Assembly: GCA_964016885.1 (NCBI GenBank)
Contig: OZ024746.1
Coordinates: 85,560,001 to 85,624,000 of the forward strand
DNA length: 64,000 nucleotides
Direction: 5' to 3'
From: Eledone cirrhosa
Lineage: Eukaryota
In this document: piece after piece, positions 47,011 to 60,159 of the stretch
How positions within the stretch are numbered: position 1 is the first letter of the stretch
How the letters are laid out: each line of letters opens with the position of its first letter
Notes under the pieces: generated by a model
What the model was told of the DNA's origin: nothing
Seen by the model: the letters and a program-made list of their open reading frames with translations, nothing else
Database searches by the model: none
Position numbers and translations under genes: made by a program

Positions 47011-48417
47011 AACTCATCCATGGATCTCAGGAATTTTACCCATCCTAGATAGATACTTAACATTCACATAATTTAATGCTTTCTTAAAAACCTATTTTAA
47101 CCTATATATTTCATCAACATCAAACTTAATGTAAGCTTTTTCTATTTAATCCCATTTCCAACAACCAAGATGTAGCTAGCACTCTCTCTCTTCCATTGCC
47201 CTCTTCCCTATCATCCTTTCACTCCTCCATCACTCTCATACTTACATGCTCTTCTCTTTCATCCTCTTTATTACCAGTCTTCTATCCCTCGGTAATGTTT
47301 GTCTTGATAGAGTGGCAATAACACAGAGGATTGTTTAGTAATGTGGGGAACAAGGCAACCTTTCTAATGGTAGGACACAGTAATGTGGTTGACAATTCAA
47401 ATGGAGATAACATAAAGTAGAGAGGATGTTTTAGGTCTTATTGAGGACACAGCAACTTCTTTAGTGCTGGTGTCATAATAAAACACCCAGTACACTATGT
47501 AAAATGATTGGAGTTAAGAAGGGCATCCAGTTATAGAAACTATAGCAAAAACGAGACATACAAGCAAGATATAGCCCTTCAACTTGTTTAGGAAGGAAAT
47601 AACTTGACTTTGCCTGATATGACCTATCCAGCTCATGTCAGAACTGAATGCAGAGGTATGATGATGATTTCATCTATATTGTCAAAGTGAGGTATGATCT
47701 AACTTGATTAAATCTTCTGTCCCACTGTCATACAGGTTTTTTTACTGTACATACAGATACACATGTGCTGAATAGTTTGATTGACACACCACTGATTGAA
47801 TGGTTTCAATATATTTATTTACCACAAAGATTTATATTCTCACAAAATTCTTTCATTCTTTATCAGTTCTAATGTTAAACTTATTTCTAATTTACCATTA
47901 TAAAACGTAACATCAGCTTTCCTCTCTATTATCAAAGTTTGAGGCGTTTATCATCTCGATAATTTTAACTGACCCAAGAAAAGTAACAAATTATAGCTCC
48001 TACTAAATCCATTTTACTAGTCAGGTACAAAAGGAAGTCAACACCACTATTTCAAATTATTTTACATAATCAGTGCGTTAGCTTATTCTCCATGATTGCC
48101 ACTTGAAGATTATTGCAGTTCCCATTCTACAACATGAAACTCCAAATAATGAACCAGTAGGGTTTACTAATATGTACTCATCATCATCATCATCATTGAG
48201 GGCGTCGTTTTTATGTCTGTTTTTCCACTTTTACATCCATTAGCTAGGTCCTTTTCAGCACAGCATTTCTCCATTTGCCATGTTCCTTTGTCATCTTCTC
48301 TGTGAGTCTCAGCAATTTGAGATCAGCTCTCATCTATAATTTAATAAACACACATACATTATGCAATGGCTGTGGATTGGCCGAATCTGATTGTTGAAAC
48401 TCCTTTGAAAGATACAG

Positions 48418-48614
48418 TTAACCCTTCAGTATTTAAACCGGCCATATCCGGAGAGAATTCTCTCACCTCTTCCTGTTCAAACCGACTGTAACTAGCTGCT
48501 TATACTGATAAGATATTGTTCTTGAAATAAATAATATCAAAATCTCATAGCTTCAATATTATATGAGATTAAAGTCTTTAACACGAAAATATAATAGTAT
48601 ATATAAAGGGTTAA
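48418..48614 (+). mobile_element. TTAA MITE family copy
   Basis: ttaacccttcagtattta...taaagggttaa. Confidence 0.8.
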
Positions 48615-49376
48615 AGATGCTGTTGATGGAACAAGTGGATATTTGACAGCTGCTGTCCATAATAGCTAAGACCTGAGTATTAACTTGGTAAAAGGGAGTT
48701 GAAAGTTGTGTCATCTATGTAGGAGTGGGGATATTATTGTGACTTATGGAATGTTTTTGATGAATGGAAAGACAGTTGAAGAAATGGAAAATTCTTTAGA
48801 GATGCCAAAGTTTGTAAGGTCACTTTATTTTATTATTTAAGGGCTACTTTCTTTCTGTGTTTCATGACAGATTTTATGGGCTGAATTTCATGACAGATTT
48901 TATGGGCTAAACCAACTGACATGAGACTCAGGGGTAGACCCCGAGCAAGATGATTGGATAACATCTGAGCTTGGCTGGTCACACTTGGGGATCCAGCTGG
49001 ATCACTTGGAGATAGTTGCTTCTAACAGAACTTGCTGGAAGGAGTGTTTCAGGACTCTGCCCCAATGACCCTTTCAGGAATAAGTGGGCAAAGAGGAAGA
49101 AAAACAAGGGGTACTTTCTTTCTGTGAGACAAGCCATGTTATATATGTATTTCAGTATTTTGAAAGAACAAAAACTGAATTTTATGAACAGAAGGGGTGC
49201 ATTGTACTTGATAAAAAAAATTCATGTGTATAATTACTGAAGACATATTTCAGAAAAGCATTTAGTTACATTAAATGAAATGAAAAAAAAAAAAAATGGC
49301 TACTGATATATGAACGTTTGTAAAGTATTCTTACTAATAAAATGTGGTGGCTATATAGCTTAGTTTCTTTATAATG

Positions 49377-49416
<40 letters not shown>

Positions 49417-49689
49417 CCAACCCAATTTTATTAACATGCAGTATTTTATTATTGACCTTTTGACAACATATTGATTTCTATTTTATGCTTTTCATACTCC
49501 TCTCAGGAGTATACTTTAGAACCTTGTGCATTCTATATAATTTTTGTTCTTGATATCTCTCAGATAGAGATTGAATCAAACAATAGCTGAGATAAACTTG
49601 GACATTATTGTCTAAATCTTAGGTCAAATTGATTTTATATATTTTTTTCTTTTTCTTTCTTTTTTTTTTTTGACCATTTTCCAAATTGA

Positions 49690-49918
49690 TTAACCCTTTA
49701 ACATTTATATTACTCTCTATATACCATTGTATTTTTGTGGTAAAGGCTTTATTTCACACAATTATCTCACATAATATCGAATCTATGAGATTTTGATGTT
49801 ATTTATTTTGAGAACAATACCTTAACATCAGCATGAATGGCCAGTTACATTCGGTTTGAATAGAAAGAGGTGAGAGAATTCTGGCTGGATATGGCCGGTT
49901 TAAATGCTAAAGTGTTAA
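49690..49918 (-). mobile_element. TTAA MITE family copy
   Basis: ttaaccctttaacattta...taaatgctaaagtgttaa. Confidence 0.8.
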
Positions 49919-51039
49919 ATTGGTTGTCTCATCTTGGAGCAGATGAACTTGGAATTGAAACTTGTAGAGAACAGATTACAAAATAAATAAATAAAACTAA
50001 ATAAATGTCAAGTTAAATATTCATTACTCATACAATTAGCTACTTATTTTTAATTACTTAATGATTGTCATTGTTTGGATGGAAGGAACTTTAAGTTTCA
50101 TTGTCTTGAGGTCAATGTATTTATGGATTGACTACTCATTTATTAGTTAGAGAAATTGGATCAAAACCATGTCATGGTACTGCCTTCAGGGTTTTTAGTT
50201 GATCATATCAACTCCAATACCTATTTCATTGAGGTACTTATTTTATCAATCTATATTTACTCAATCACTAAGTTACATTTTTTTATATGACCCCGGTTTT
50301 ACATTGGCAAACATAAATACATATATATTCCATGCTTTTGCACAGCTTCCATCTTCCAACTTCCACTCAGAAGGTATTGGTCATCCCAAGGCTACAGTAG
50401 AAGACACTTATCCAATGAGCCTTTCAGTGGAATTGAATCCAGAATCATGCTTCCAAAGCAAATTTCTTAACACTGTGCCAATACAATACATTTTTCTTTT
50501 GAAATTTTGCTTTTTAGTGTTTGCTCTCTTTGTCTAAAAAGAGTTTAGGTACATTTATATTTTTCTCTGGAAAAATTTTATTTCAAAATTCTCAAAATTT
50601 ATTTTGATTGACAACATTTCTGCATAAATATATTTTGGGTGAAGCCTACTAAATGTTGAACTAAAACCTAATATGAACAACAGTCAGGTGCTTAATTATT
50701 GTTTCCTAAATTTTATGATTGTTAATGGAGTTTTATGGACATAAGGCATGGGTGTGTGGTTAAGAAGTTTTGACCCCAGTTACACATTAGGCAAATGTCT
50801 TCTACCAAAGCCCTGTAATATAAATTTGACAAACAGAAATTGTGGGAAGCCCATCAGATATATACACACACCTACACATTTTCTTTTACATAATCTTACT
50901 CAACATCAAAATAAATAAAAACAACAAATCGAAACTACCCACGACGCAACCTAGTTTGTGACTCATTGTTTGTGCACATTAACATTATACATCAATTGCT
51001 TTGTTTTTTTAACCAGTTTTTGTGCATCCTCTGCATTCA

Positions 51040-51531
51040 ATGTCCTTGTTTCACTACTATGCAACATTAGACATTGTACACAAGCATCACATATTCTACC
51101 TTCCACTTGAAGAGAGAATCTTTTGTTGCAGCGGTTGTAATAACCCCCTGGACTTTTCCCAACTAGTTCTTACGCTGGCAACTTTTAGAATCCCCACATT
51201 CGCTGCTAATTAGGTCACTTAGGTAACAGTAACTATCACTACTTCAATGGAGTCTTTCAAGCCTTTTACGGACATCTGCTTTGAAATTATTTTTTTATGG
51301 CTTGGAGAACTATAATAAACAGGGGAAGAACCAGTGAAAACCAAGCCTTGATGACTACCTACCTAAAAATTAATTTTTTGCTGAATTCCTTACCTCTGTT
51401 GACTGCATCTCTGTACATAGCTTACAATAATCTCACAAGCTGTTCATCAACACCCAGTTTTCTTAGAGACCACCAGATTACTGAACAGGATACCCTGTCA
51501 AATAATGACATTCATGATTCAGTCTATGTAA
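51040..51531 (-). mobile_element. Old RTE reverse-transcriptase fragments
   Basis: Minus strand FDRV..SVIWWSLRKLGVDEQLVR at ~51390-51531, homologous to 32890-32980; YLGDLIS-like segment near 51210. Confidence 0.7.
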
Positions 51532-52074
51532 CACAAGTTTTCACATTATTTCCAACTCTCCATTGTTGTACATAACATAATTAAGCTTCATTTTAGCTTC
51601 AGGTCAACCCTAATCAAGCAAACCTGTGATCAAAAGTGAGTATTTTCTGCTGGGTGTGATGTTAGCATTGTGCATTAACAATGGAACACGTGCTGAGAAA
51701 ATATCTGGAAATTAGATGCAAGAGAGAAAACTTCTCTGGTAGGGAGATGTAACATGTGCAAAGAATGTTAGGTGAAAAGTGTCAACAATGCAAACTAAAT
51801 AAACTTGTCTAAGAGGAATTCTTGGGAAGAATTGATGACTGGCCATGCCATCTTTTTTATTCAGACGTACTATATCAAAGACTACATTAACTACCAATGT
51901 GTCCTTTCCAATAAGGTGTGATTGGAGACAGATTTTCCTGTTATTTCTAGGAGATTTATCAACAAAATATAGGTTTCCTTGTTGACTCTAGTACAATTAT
52001 TAGGTAACCACAAGAAACATTTCTTTGGTAGATAACATGGAGGTTAAATATGTTTACTAATCTGGTCATTGTAA

Positions 52075-52268
52075 CAGATCTGTCAACTCTCCCCATCTGA
52101 CAGGGAGATCTCCCACCCACTTTGGGGTGGGTGAGAGATATCTTCTCTTGTGAAAATGGGTATAGCTTTCATAATGTGAAATCTCCCCATTTTGCCTCAT
52201 TTCTCTTCGTTTTGGGCACTTTTTTTCATGGTGCTCTCTGTTTGAGCTTTTAGAGGTTGGCAGGTCTG
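52075..52268. mobile_element. 194-bp MITE with 13-bp TIR and 6-bp flanking direct repeat
   Basis: ttgtaa|CAGATCTGTCAAC...GTTGGCAGGTCTG|ttgtaa. Confidence 0.65.
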
Positions 52269-52563
52269 TTGTAATGCCTGAAATCAAGAAATTGTGGTTG
52301 TTGTTTAGCCCCCAATTGAACAGACCTATAATTAAAACTACTCCAATCATGACTACCCTATCTTTTTTAAGACATACTCCAATGGTAACTACACTTATTT
52401 TTATATCTCAGTCATACAGTATATTGGTAATGTTATGATGCTTTGCTTATAAGACTAAAATATAATCAGAATAATAAAATGATTAGACATTTACTAATAC
52501 TTTTTCTTCACCACAAAATTATTACTAGTTAGCTTTTTTTTTTTTTTTTTTTGTATTGAATAT

Positions 52564-52918
52564 CTTCTTCATCCACTATTCTGAGAGGGTCAAGAGAGCA
52601 GAGTCCGCAAACACTACTTCCAGCAGCAACCGTCTCCAACTGATCCAGCTGGATGCCCAAGTGCAACCAGCCAAGTTCATGAATGTTATCCAACCATCTT
52701 GTTTGGGGTCTACCCCTGGGTCTCACACCAGTTGGTTTTGCCCATAAAATCTGTCCAGCGATTCTTTCCTGAGACATTCTAACCATGTGCTCATAGTATC
52801 GGAGCTATAATCTGTCAATTCGGAGAAGTAGCGGCTCTACCTGGAGTGACTCTCTCATCTCTGAGCTATGCACTTTGAGTACCGTTACTCCAAAGACCCT
52901 TCGGATGAATCTTTATCC
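52564..52918 (-). mobile_element. 5'-truncated RTE-like LINE flanked by a ~46-50-bp direct repeat
   Basis: MSQERIAGQILWAKPTGVRPRGRPQTRWLDNI; flanking repeats at 52514-52563 and 52919-52964. A related fragment lies at ~48920-49100. Confidence 0.8.
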
Positions 52919-53968
52919 CAAAATTATTACTAGTTAGCTTTTTAATGATCTTTGTATTGAATATATAAACAATAAATTGACAAATGTTTTTATAGGGATG
53001 GCACCTCCAAATTATTTATTCATTATAAAACCAGTGAAGTCAGAGAAGTTTCTGGAATTGTTGACACTCCATGCGCATGAGAGAGAGTTACTAATATTTA
53101 TTTCATTAGTAAGTTAGACACTTCATAACAAACGAGCCAGACTTTTTTTTCGTAATATTAATCATTTAATCTAAACTATAATAAAGCAAGGGCTGCGGGA
53201 CTGCGTACGGTTTATTTCTTTTAATCCAGTTAGTAAAATAAGTTGGATTACTTTGAATAAATAATGAATGAATATTACATAATTTATGAGCTAAATTTCG
53301 TAAAAATAAATAATCTAAAATTGACTTCTTTACAAAGTTTCACTTCCGGTATATCGTCGCCACCACCATCACTTCAACTACCATATATATATAGAAAGAG
53401 AGAGTGTGTGTGATGAGAGAGATAATGATTTTCTACACACTGGTGCGTATGAGTGTGCACATACATACATCTATATGTATATAACTATAATCGCGCAAAC
53501 ACAAACTTATAAAAATACACACTCACGGACATAATTCACACAAATACACATACATTCACACATACTTTCACGCAAACACATACATTCACACATATACATT
53601 TACACAAACACACACATACAGTCATGATAGCGTTCGATTTAATTGGAAATGGGAGGGTAAAACAAGTATAACGTTTTATTTATTTATTAACTCTTATTTT
53701 TTTAAACTCATTTATTATAACTAGCAGAAAAACGACCCTAGTTTGTGTAGTGTGTATATTGATATTATACGCCACAAGTATATATGCATGTAGATATGAT
53801 CAAATAAAATTGTAATATACACAGAAATTGAACGAAGACTGTGTTACACTGTCTTATGTAATCAGTAACGTAATTCATGAAACATTAAAAAAAGACGATA
53901 TTATATATAAACTGCATTAGGAGAAAATTAGTGGCAGAAATATATGAATATTTATTTAAACGATCGCT

Positions 53969-53979
53969 AACCGGAAGTG
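53969..53979 (+). promoter_or_regulatory. ETS-type motif ACCGGAAGTG (inverted second copy at 53341-53350)
   Basis: Exact ETS/GABP consensus, preserved in both copies of an otherwise diverged inverted duplication ~4 kb upstream of MED21. Function is not shown. Confidence 0.35.
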
Positions 53980-54462
53980 TTGACATTTGAAAATTTTAAA
54001 GAAGTGAATCTTTAAATAAGTAATAAAATATATTTAATGAACAGCCACGAAATTTAGTAGATACATTATGTAATATTCATTCATTATTTATTCAAAGTAA
54101 TCCAGCTTATTTTACTAAGGGGATAAAAAGTTATAAACCGTACACAGTCCCGCGCTTCTTACTTTATTATAGTTTAGATTAAGCACTGTTGTACGCCCAT
54201 TGATTAGATATATATAAATGTAATAGCATATAAATCATGTCTGATGCAGACACACACACATATATATATATTTATATATATATACACACACACATAAATA
54301 CCACACCACACACAAATCGTCTTCGGAAGTTAGTGAAGCTATTATTAATCCTCCCCGGGTGAAGTAACTTGCAAATTCTTCGTAATTCATGAAATGCAAT
54401 AATACATCAAACGGACACACACACACACAAATATATCTATTCATACATAGACATATATATAG

Positions 54463-54790
54463 GTGAAATCTGATCCGAAGTGTGCATACGCGAAGGCTGG
54501 TCCGAAGTGCTCATGCACGAAGTCTGGTCCAAAGTACGCATGCGCGAAGTCTGGTCCTAAGTGCGCATGCGCGAAGTCTGGTCCTAAGTGCGCATGCGGA
54601 AGTCTGGTCCTAAGTGCGCATGCTAGTCCGTATTGCGCATGCGCGAAGGCTGCTCCAAATGCGCATGCACGAAGGTTGGTCAGATGTGTGCATGCGCAGA
54701 GGTTGGTCCGTACTGCGCATGCATGAAGGCTGGTTCGTACTGTGCATGCGCGAAGGTTGGTCCGAAGTGCGCATGTGCGAAGGCTGTTAA
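54463..54790 (+). repeat. 27-bp minisatellite (~12 units), consensus GCGCATGCGCGAAGGCTGGTCCGAAGT
   Basis: Visible periodicity; translates as repeating KCACAKSGP. Confidence 0.9.
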
Positions 54791-57062
54791 GTACTTATAT
54801 AAGTACATCACAAAAGGATCAGACAAGATCACTTTCACTATTAAGGATGATCAAGGAAATTGTATCCATGCCCAAAAAGAGATTGAGAGCTATATCAATG
54901 CACGGTACATCATCGAAAACCGCCAGTTGAAAAGTTGCCTTGCCATTTACCTGGAGAACAAATGGTCGTGTATGAGCGAGGGCAGGAAGAAAGTATTGTT
55001 TCTAGGGGACAGCCAATGACTAAGTTGACGGAATATTTTCAACTGAATATCAGAGACCCACTGGCACAAAACATATTGTATATTGATATTCCTAAATATT
55101 TCACTTGGACAAACAAAAAGTGTCAAAAAAGAAAAAAGAGACATCTGGATGGTGATCAATAATTTATGATTGAATCTCTTGGACGCATTCCAACAGTATC
55201 TCTCAGTAGACATCGATCTGAATTATATTACTTCAGGATGATCCTACATCACAAGACTAGGTCAACTTCATACAAAGATTTGAGGACAATTGAAGGAGTT
55301 GAATTTCCAATATTCCAAGAAGCATGCAGGAAACTTGGTCTGTTAGATGAAGATGGAGAAAAAGACAAAGCTATGGAAGAGGCCTCATCCATTACGCTTG
55401 GTCCTCAGCTGCGAGAGATCTTCCGCACCATTTTATTGTACAGCATGCAAAATGACCCTCTGCAGTTCTGGGAGAAATGGAAGAATTGTCTTGCAGAGGA
55501 TATCATGCATGAATGTCATGAGCAAGTCATGTCAATGCAAACCATGCAGATTGTTCTACAGAAGATCCAACAAAGACTTCAACATGATGGCTTGGACATT
55601 CATGCCAACTATGGATCCTCGGTCAGACCCAACTATTGTTGCCATACCAGAAATCAACAGGGTTCTTATGGCAGAAACTGATTTCAATACATTCCAACTG
55701 CAAGCAAACATAAATGAACTTCTGAGCAACTGGTTATTTTTCACAAAGTAATCACTTCTGTAAATGAAAATGAAGGCAGAATTTTCTGCTTGAATGCAAG
55801 TGCAAGTACAGGAAAGGCCTATGTCATAAACATCCAATTGGATTACCTCCAATCTAAAAAAAAAAAAATTGCACTTGCCACTGCCATATCTGGAATAGCA
55901 GCCACTTTGCTTCACAAAGGTAGAACTCTTCATTCCAAGTGCAAGATTCCTCTCAATGTGACTGCTGAATCAACTTGCTTCTTCACAAAGAGGGATGACA
56001 CAGGTAAACTTATGCAGCAAGCTGACCTGCTAATCATTGATGAGATAGGTATGGGACAAGCATATCTTTGAATGCCTTGACAGGAGCTTCAAAGATGTTC
56101 GAGATTCCAAAAAGCCATTTGGTGGTCTAACAGTATTACTATCTGGTAACTGGAAGCAAATTCTACATCATGGTTCTAGACCACAAATAGTTGAGGCAAC
56201 CATCAAGAGATCCTATCTCTGGGACTATGTGGAAACGATGGGGATGACAACCAATCAACGGTTAATTAATGCAGAGGATTCTGATGAAAGACAGTTTGCA
56301 AACTACCTTCTTGATATGGGAAATGGTAACATTCCAATTGTTCCAACTGTAGGTGCATTCACAATTCTTCTGCCAAATGAACTTTGTCTGGAATATGGTA
56401 ATATGTCTGGACTGTGGGATTTTGTGTATACAAATCTTCCAGGAAACTACACAAACCCACTATGGCTTGCAAATAGAGCCATTATCACTCCAACAAATGA
56501 TGCAGCAAGATTGGTAAATGAGTTCATGGTCAACAAGTTCCCTCATCATGAAATAATCTACAGAAGCTCTGATACAGTAGATAATGAACTGCAATATCCA
56601 ATTGAGTTCATCAACAAACTTACCCCATCAGGCTTCCCAACGCACATACTTAAACTGAAGAAATGCAGTTGCATCATGCTCCTGAGAAATCTGGATCCTC
56701 TAAATGGGCATTTCAATGGTACACGCTACATCATCACCAGTTTACATAATCATGTAATTGAAGCTGAAGTAGCATTGGGTCCCAATGCTGGAACAAGGTT
56801 GCTAATCCCAAGGATACCACATGTATCTCAAGAGCTTGAGTTCCCTTTCACCTTTACTCGCAAGCAATTTCCTGTCAAACTAGCCTTTTCCCTTACATGC
56901 AACAAGGCACAAGGGCAGACATTTGAAAATATAGGTGTATTTCTACCAACACAATTATTCTCACATGGTCATGTGTATGTTGCATTATCACGAGTTATAA
57001 AAATATTAAATGAAAGGGGTCTGTTTGCTGACAACTGTGTCTACAAAGAAATTCTACAGTGA
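54780..57062 (+). mobile_element. Helitron RepHel remnant (end of Rep region plus PIF1-like helicase), frameshifted
   Basis: Rep-side motifs KYLYKYITKGSD, YINARYI, ELYYFRMILHH and FQEACRKLGLL. Helicase motifs: degenerate Walker A ASASTGK, SGIAATLL..GRTLHS, LLIIDE, PFGG, MLLRNL..NGTR, RKQFPVKLAFSLTCNKAQGQT, FSHGHVYVALSRV and NCVYKEIL. Confidence 0.95.
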
Positions 57063-57914
57063 TGTGAAACAGCTACCACTCTCTTTTAGTTGAAATGCAT
57101 TTCAGTTTCTTTTTAACTGCTAGAAAAGGGACAAAAACTTAAGAAGTCTATATGTGAATACAGTCAAACAACAATATAGCGAAGGTCAACTCTTCATATT
57201 GGTAAATGTAATTCATTCATTCATACCAGCAGCATCTATTTTCAAATTCACTGCTTGAAGCTTCCCATCGACATTCTCAAGTAAAGATTCATAAACATTT
57301 TCCGTCAACAGTTTCATCGCTTTTCCATCTCCATTATCGCCTTTTTTTAAAATGCATCATGGATTACTTTACTGATTACAGAAGTAAGTGTAACACAGTC
57401 TTTGTTCAGTTTATGTGCATATTGTCAATTTACGTATTATATCTATGTGCATATATAAATATACACACTATATATGCTAGCAGTAATTATAATTAAATTG
57501 AGCACATCATACTTAAAGCATTACAAGGATTTTATCTATCAACATAACAATATTTTTCCAGCAAATTATCTGACATTTTAAAAATTATTACCAATAGAAA
57601 TTGTTTAATTTATTATTATTTATCACTTTAGTGAATATAATCAATTATATTATAAGTTTTACACCAGAAACATTTAAATAAACAATATAAAATGTTCGTA
57701 GTGGGATACGAAACCTTGAACTTTAGCCCGCTACGTACCCTTGTTACAGTAATTATATTTATTTACTTGTTAATGTTATAAATAGATATCTATTTTATAT
57801 CAATAAAAAAGTTACGTATTATATACATTTTAAAATACTATTATTTGCATGATGAATTATTTAATTCGAAAAAGATGTTATCAAATAGTTGCTAGCTGTT
57901 AGAACAAAGTAAAC

Positions 57915-57956
57915 ATGGCCGACCGACTCACTCAACTCCAAGATGTTGTGAATCAA
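57915..57956 (+). CDS. MED21: Mediator subunit 21, exon 1: MADRLTQLQDVVNQ
   Basis: aaacATGGCC start and CAA|gtgagt donor. Matches the MED21/Srb7 N-terminus MADRLTQLQDAVN. Confidence 0.95.
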
Positions 57957-60159
57957 GTGAGTATTTTACTTAATATTTTATTGAATTATTAATTTTGTTG
58001 CATCCAATGTTAAATATATTCCATACGTATAACAATAATACCCCAGATTGTATATGTTTTCAACACAGCATTCCTTCTTATCAATCAATATAATCAACTA
58101 CCTCTCTCCTATATCTGGCTAAAAGCCTTCCTTATTTTTCCTCCGGACGTGTCCAGCCAACTCCATTTCACTGAATTTATGAACATCACAATGTCTTTTA
58201 ATTTTATTTGTTTTCGGATCCATTCTGATGTTTTATAGTCTTTTCGCGATATTCCAAACACAATGTATTCGTGAACATGTTGAGTTATTCATAAGCTTAT
58301 TTTTGTTTAGGTGTTTTTGTCAGGTTCCGTGTTTCTTTACGATAAGAAATTGTTGGAATAACGCTTCAGCTGTAAACTAGACTTTTAAGCCGTACTGGCA
58401 TTTTATTTTTAACTCTTTCATTGCCATTTTTTAAAATGATAGGTACTACTTATGATTTTCAGTTAAGAAATAATCAAACATTTTGAGAGATCTAACTTTC
58501 TCCTTATTAAGCTGGTATTTGGAACATAACTTAGATGGCTCTTTCATAAGATTATTATAGAAGGCTTTAAGATAAATATAAATACATTAAAACAAACAGT
58601 TTTGTATTATAGTACTAGGGGTGGTTCGGTATTAAAAGGGTTAAAAGTAGAATTTACTTCTCCAATGCATGCCTTTTTTAAATCCCCAAATAGTTTACGT
58701 TTTTGTTTTTCCATTTTCTCTACCTGGTCGTGTTATAAGTTAACCTAATGATTATTATTTGAATAATTATTCCTTCAACTTTGATATCAGGAACGTCATC
58801 TATCAATATATTGGATTGACAGAATCGGTAGAGCGTCAGACATTATGCTTTGCGACATAGAACGTAAAAGGCCATAACTCTGAGTTCAAATCCCGCTGAG
58901 GTTAGCTTTCCCCTCTCCCAGTATTGCTAGCCTTATGCCCAAAGTAGAAACAATCATTATCAATAAAGTACCAATAACGCACTGGAGTCGATTTAATCGA
59001 CTTTCCCCTCCCCCAAATTGCTGGCCTTGTGCCTTTAGTAGAAACCATTATTATTATTATTATTTCCGTGTCATTCTTATGTCTTGTTTTCTATATTCAG
59101 TTGTTCTAACATAATTTGAAGTTAGGTCGGATATACTATGAAAACTATGCCGTTTGCGAATTGAAGGAGAGTGAGAAATTCGCCGCCGACTTTCATTTCC
59201 ATTCCGTCGCCTTTTAGTAATTTTCGAAACACTTCTTTTAGAAGTCTGTGAATAGTTTAGGGGAAATAAAATGTCCATGTTTTACGCTCTTTTTGTAAAT
59301 AAACCGAACACTTTCAGCTATTTGCTATAATTCATGTCGAGACAACGGGGGAACCGTTACGCAATCGTTTGACAAGCTAGAAATAATAACATTTTTCTCA
59401 AATCAGTCTCCACCCCGTCAAAGAATGACACATTAGATAACACACCCCTACAACGTCGGGATTGTTATGAATGGAATCCCTTCGACCAGGACTGGCCTCG
59501 ATACATTCGTTTTTATTTTCCAATAAAAAATGAAAAAAAAATCAGGAAAATCCAACCAGAATTGAGCCACTTGTACATGGTAATATCGAAGACTATATGA
59601 ACAAAAAATGGAAATTTAAATAAGAGTCTTGCGTAAAATAAAAAAAAGAACCCCATTCTAGTGTATTAAGGGAAGCAATCCTCTTTTTAGACTAACGATA
59701 TTGATGAAAGCTATTGATTACTAACATGGGCGCAGCGTAACAGTCTTCAGGGAAGAAGGCTAGTTGATTTAATCGATCTTTGTACTGGATTGATATAAAT
59801 GTTATCGAAAATACAGACAACTCTTCAGTTTTGTAAGGTACAAATCATTCTCTATAGAGTTGGTGCCACTATAAAATGCACTCACTTCACTCTGTAAAAT
59901 AGTTAATGTTAAGATCATCTAGCTTTAGAAACCTTGCCAAGGAGAGTTATACCTACAAATAATAACTGACTTGGACCTATTGATCCTTCTAACTATTGCC
60001 AACGTGGAAAGCCTATTTAAAATGATGACTATTCTGAAAGGATGAAGGCAAAGTCAACAAGGTAGAACTGTATATAAAGAGGAATATATGAGAAACCATT
60101 TTGACCATCTACTACTTGCTTTAATAACAATAAAGGATTGGTACAATGGACGACATAAT

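Noticed and set aside
52066-52350. 94-aa minus-strand ORF with a plausible splice acceptor, as a candidate gene between malectin and MED21
   Set aside because: Most of it lies within the 194-bp TIR element, and I recognise no protein family or partner exons.
53715-53742. Minus-strand ...ctgCTAGt as a Helitron 3' end
   Set aside because: No clear subterminal hairpin, and the region is explained by the inverted duplication.
54463-54726. Cys-rich, metallothionein-like peptide (KCACAKSGP)n
   Set aside because: It is the translation of the 27-bp DNA repeat; the frame is broken by an indel and substitutions follow CpG decay.
57697-57735. 9-bp inverted repeat cgtagtggg/cccgctacg upstream of the MED21 start
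   Set aside because: Short, and it overlaps a tRNA B-box-like word (gtgggatacgaaacc), so it is more likely a SINE remnant or chance.
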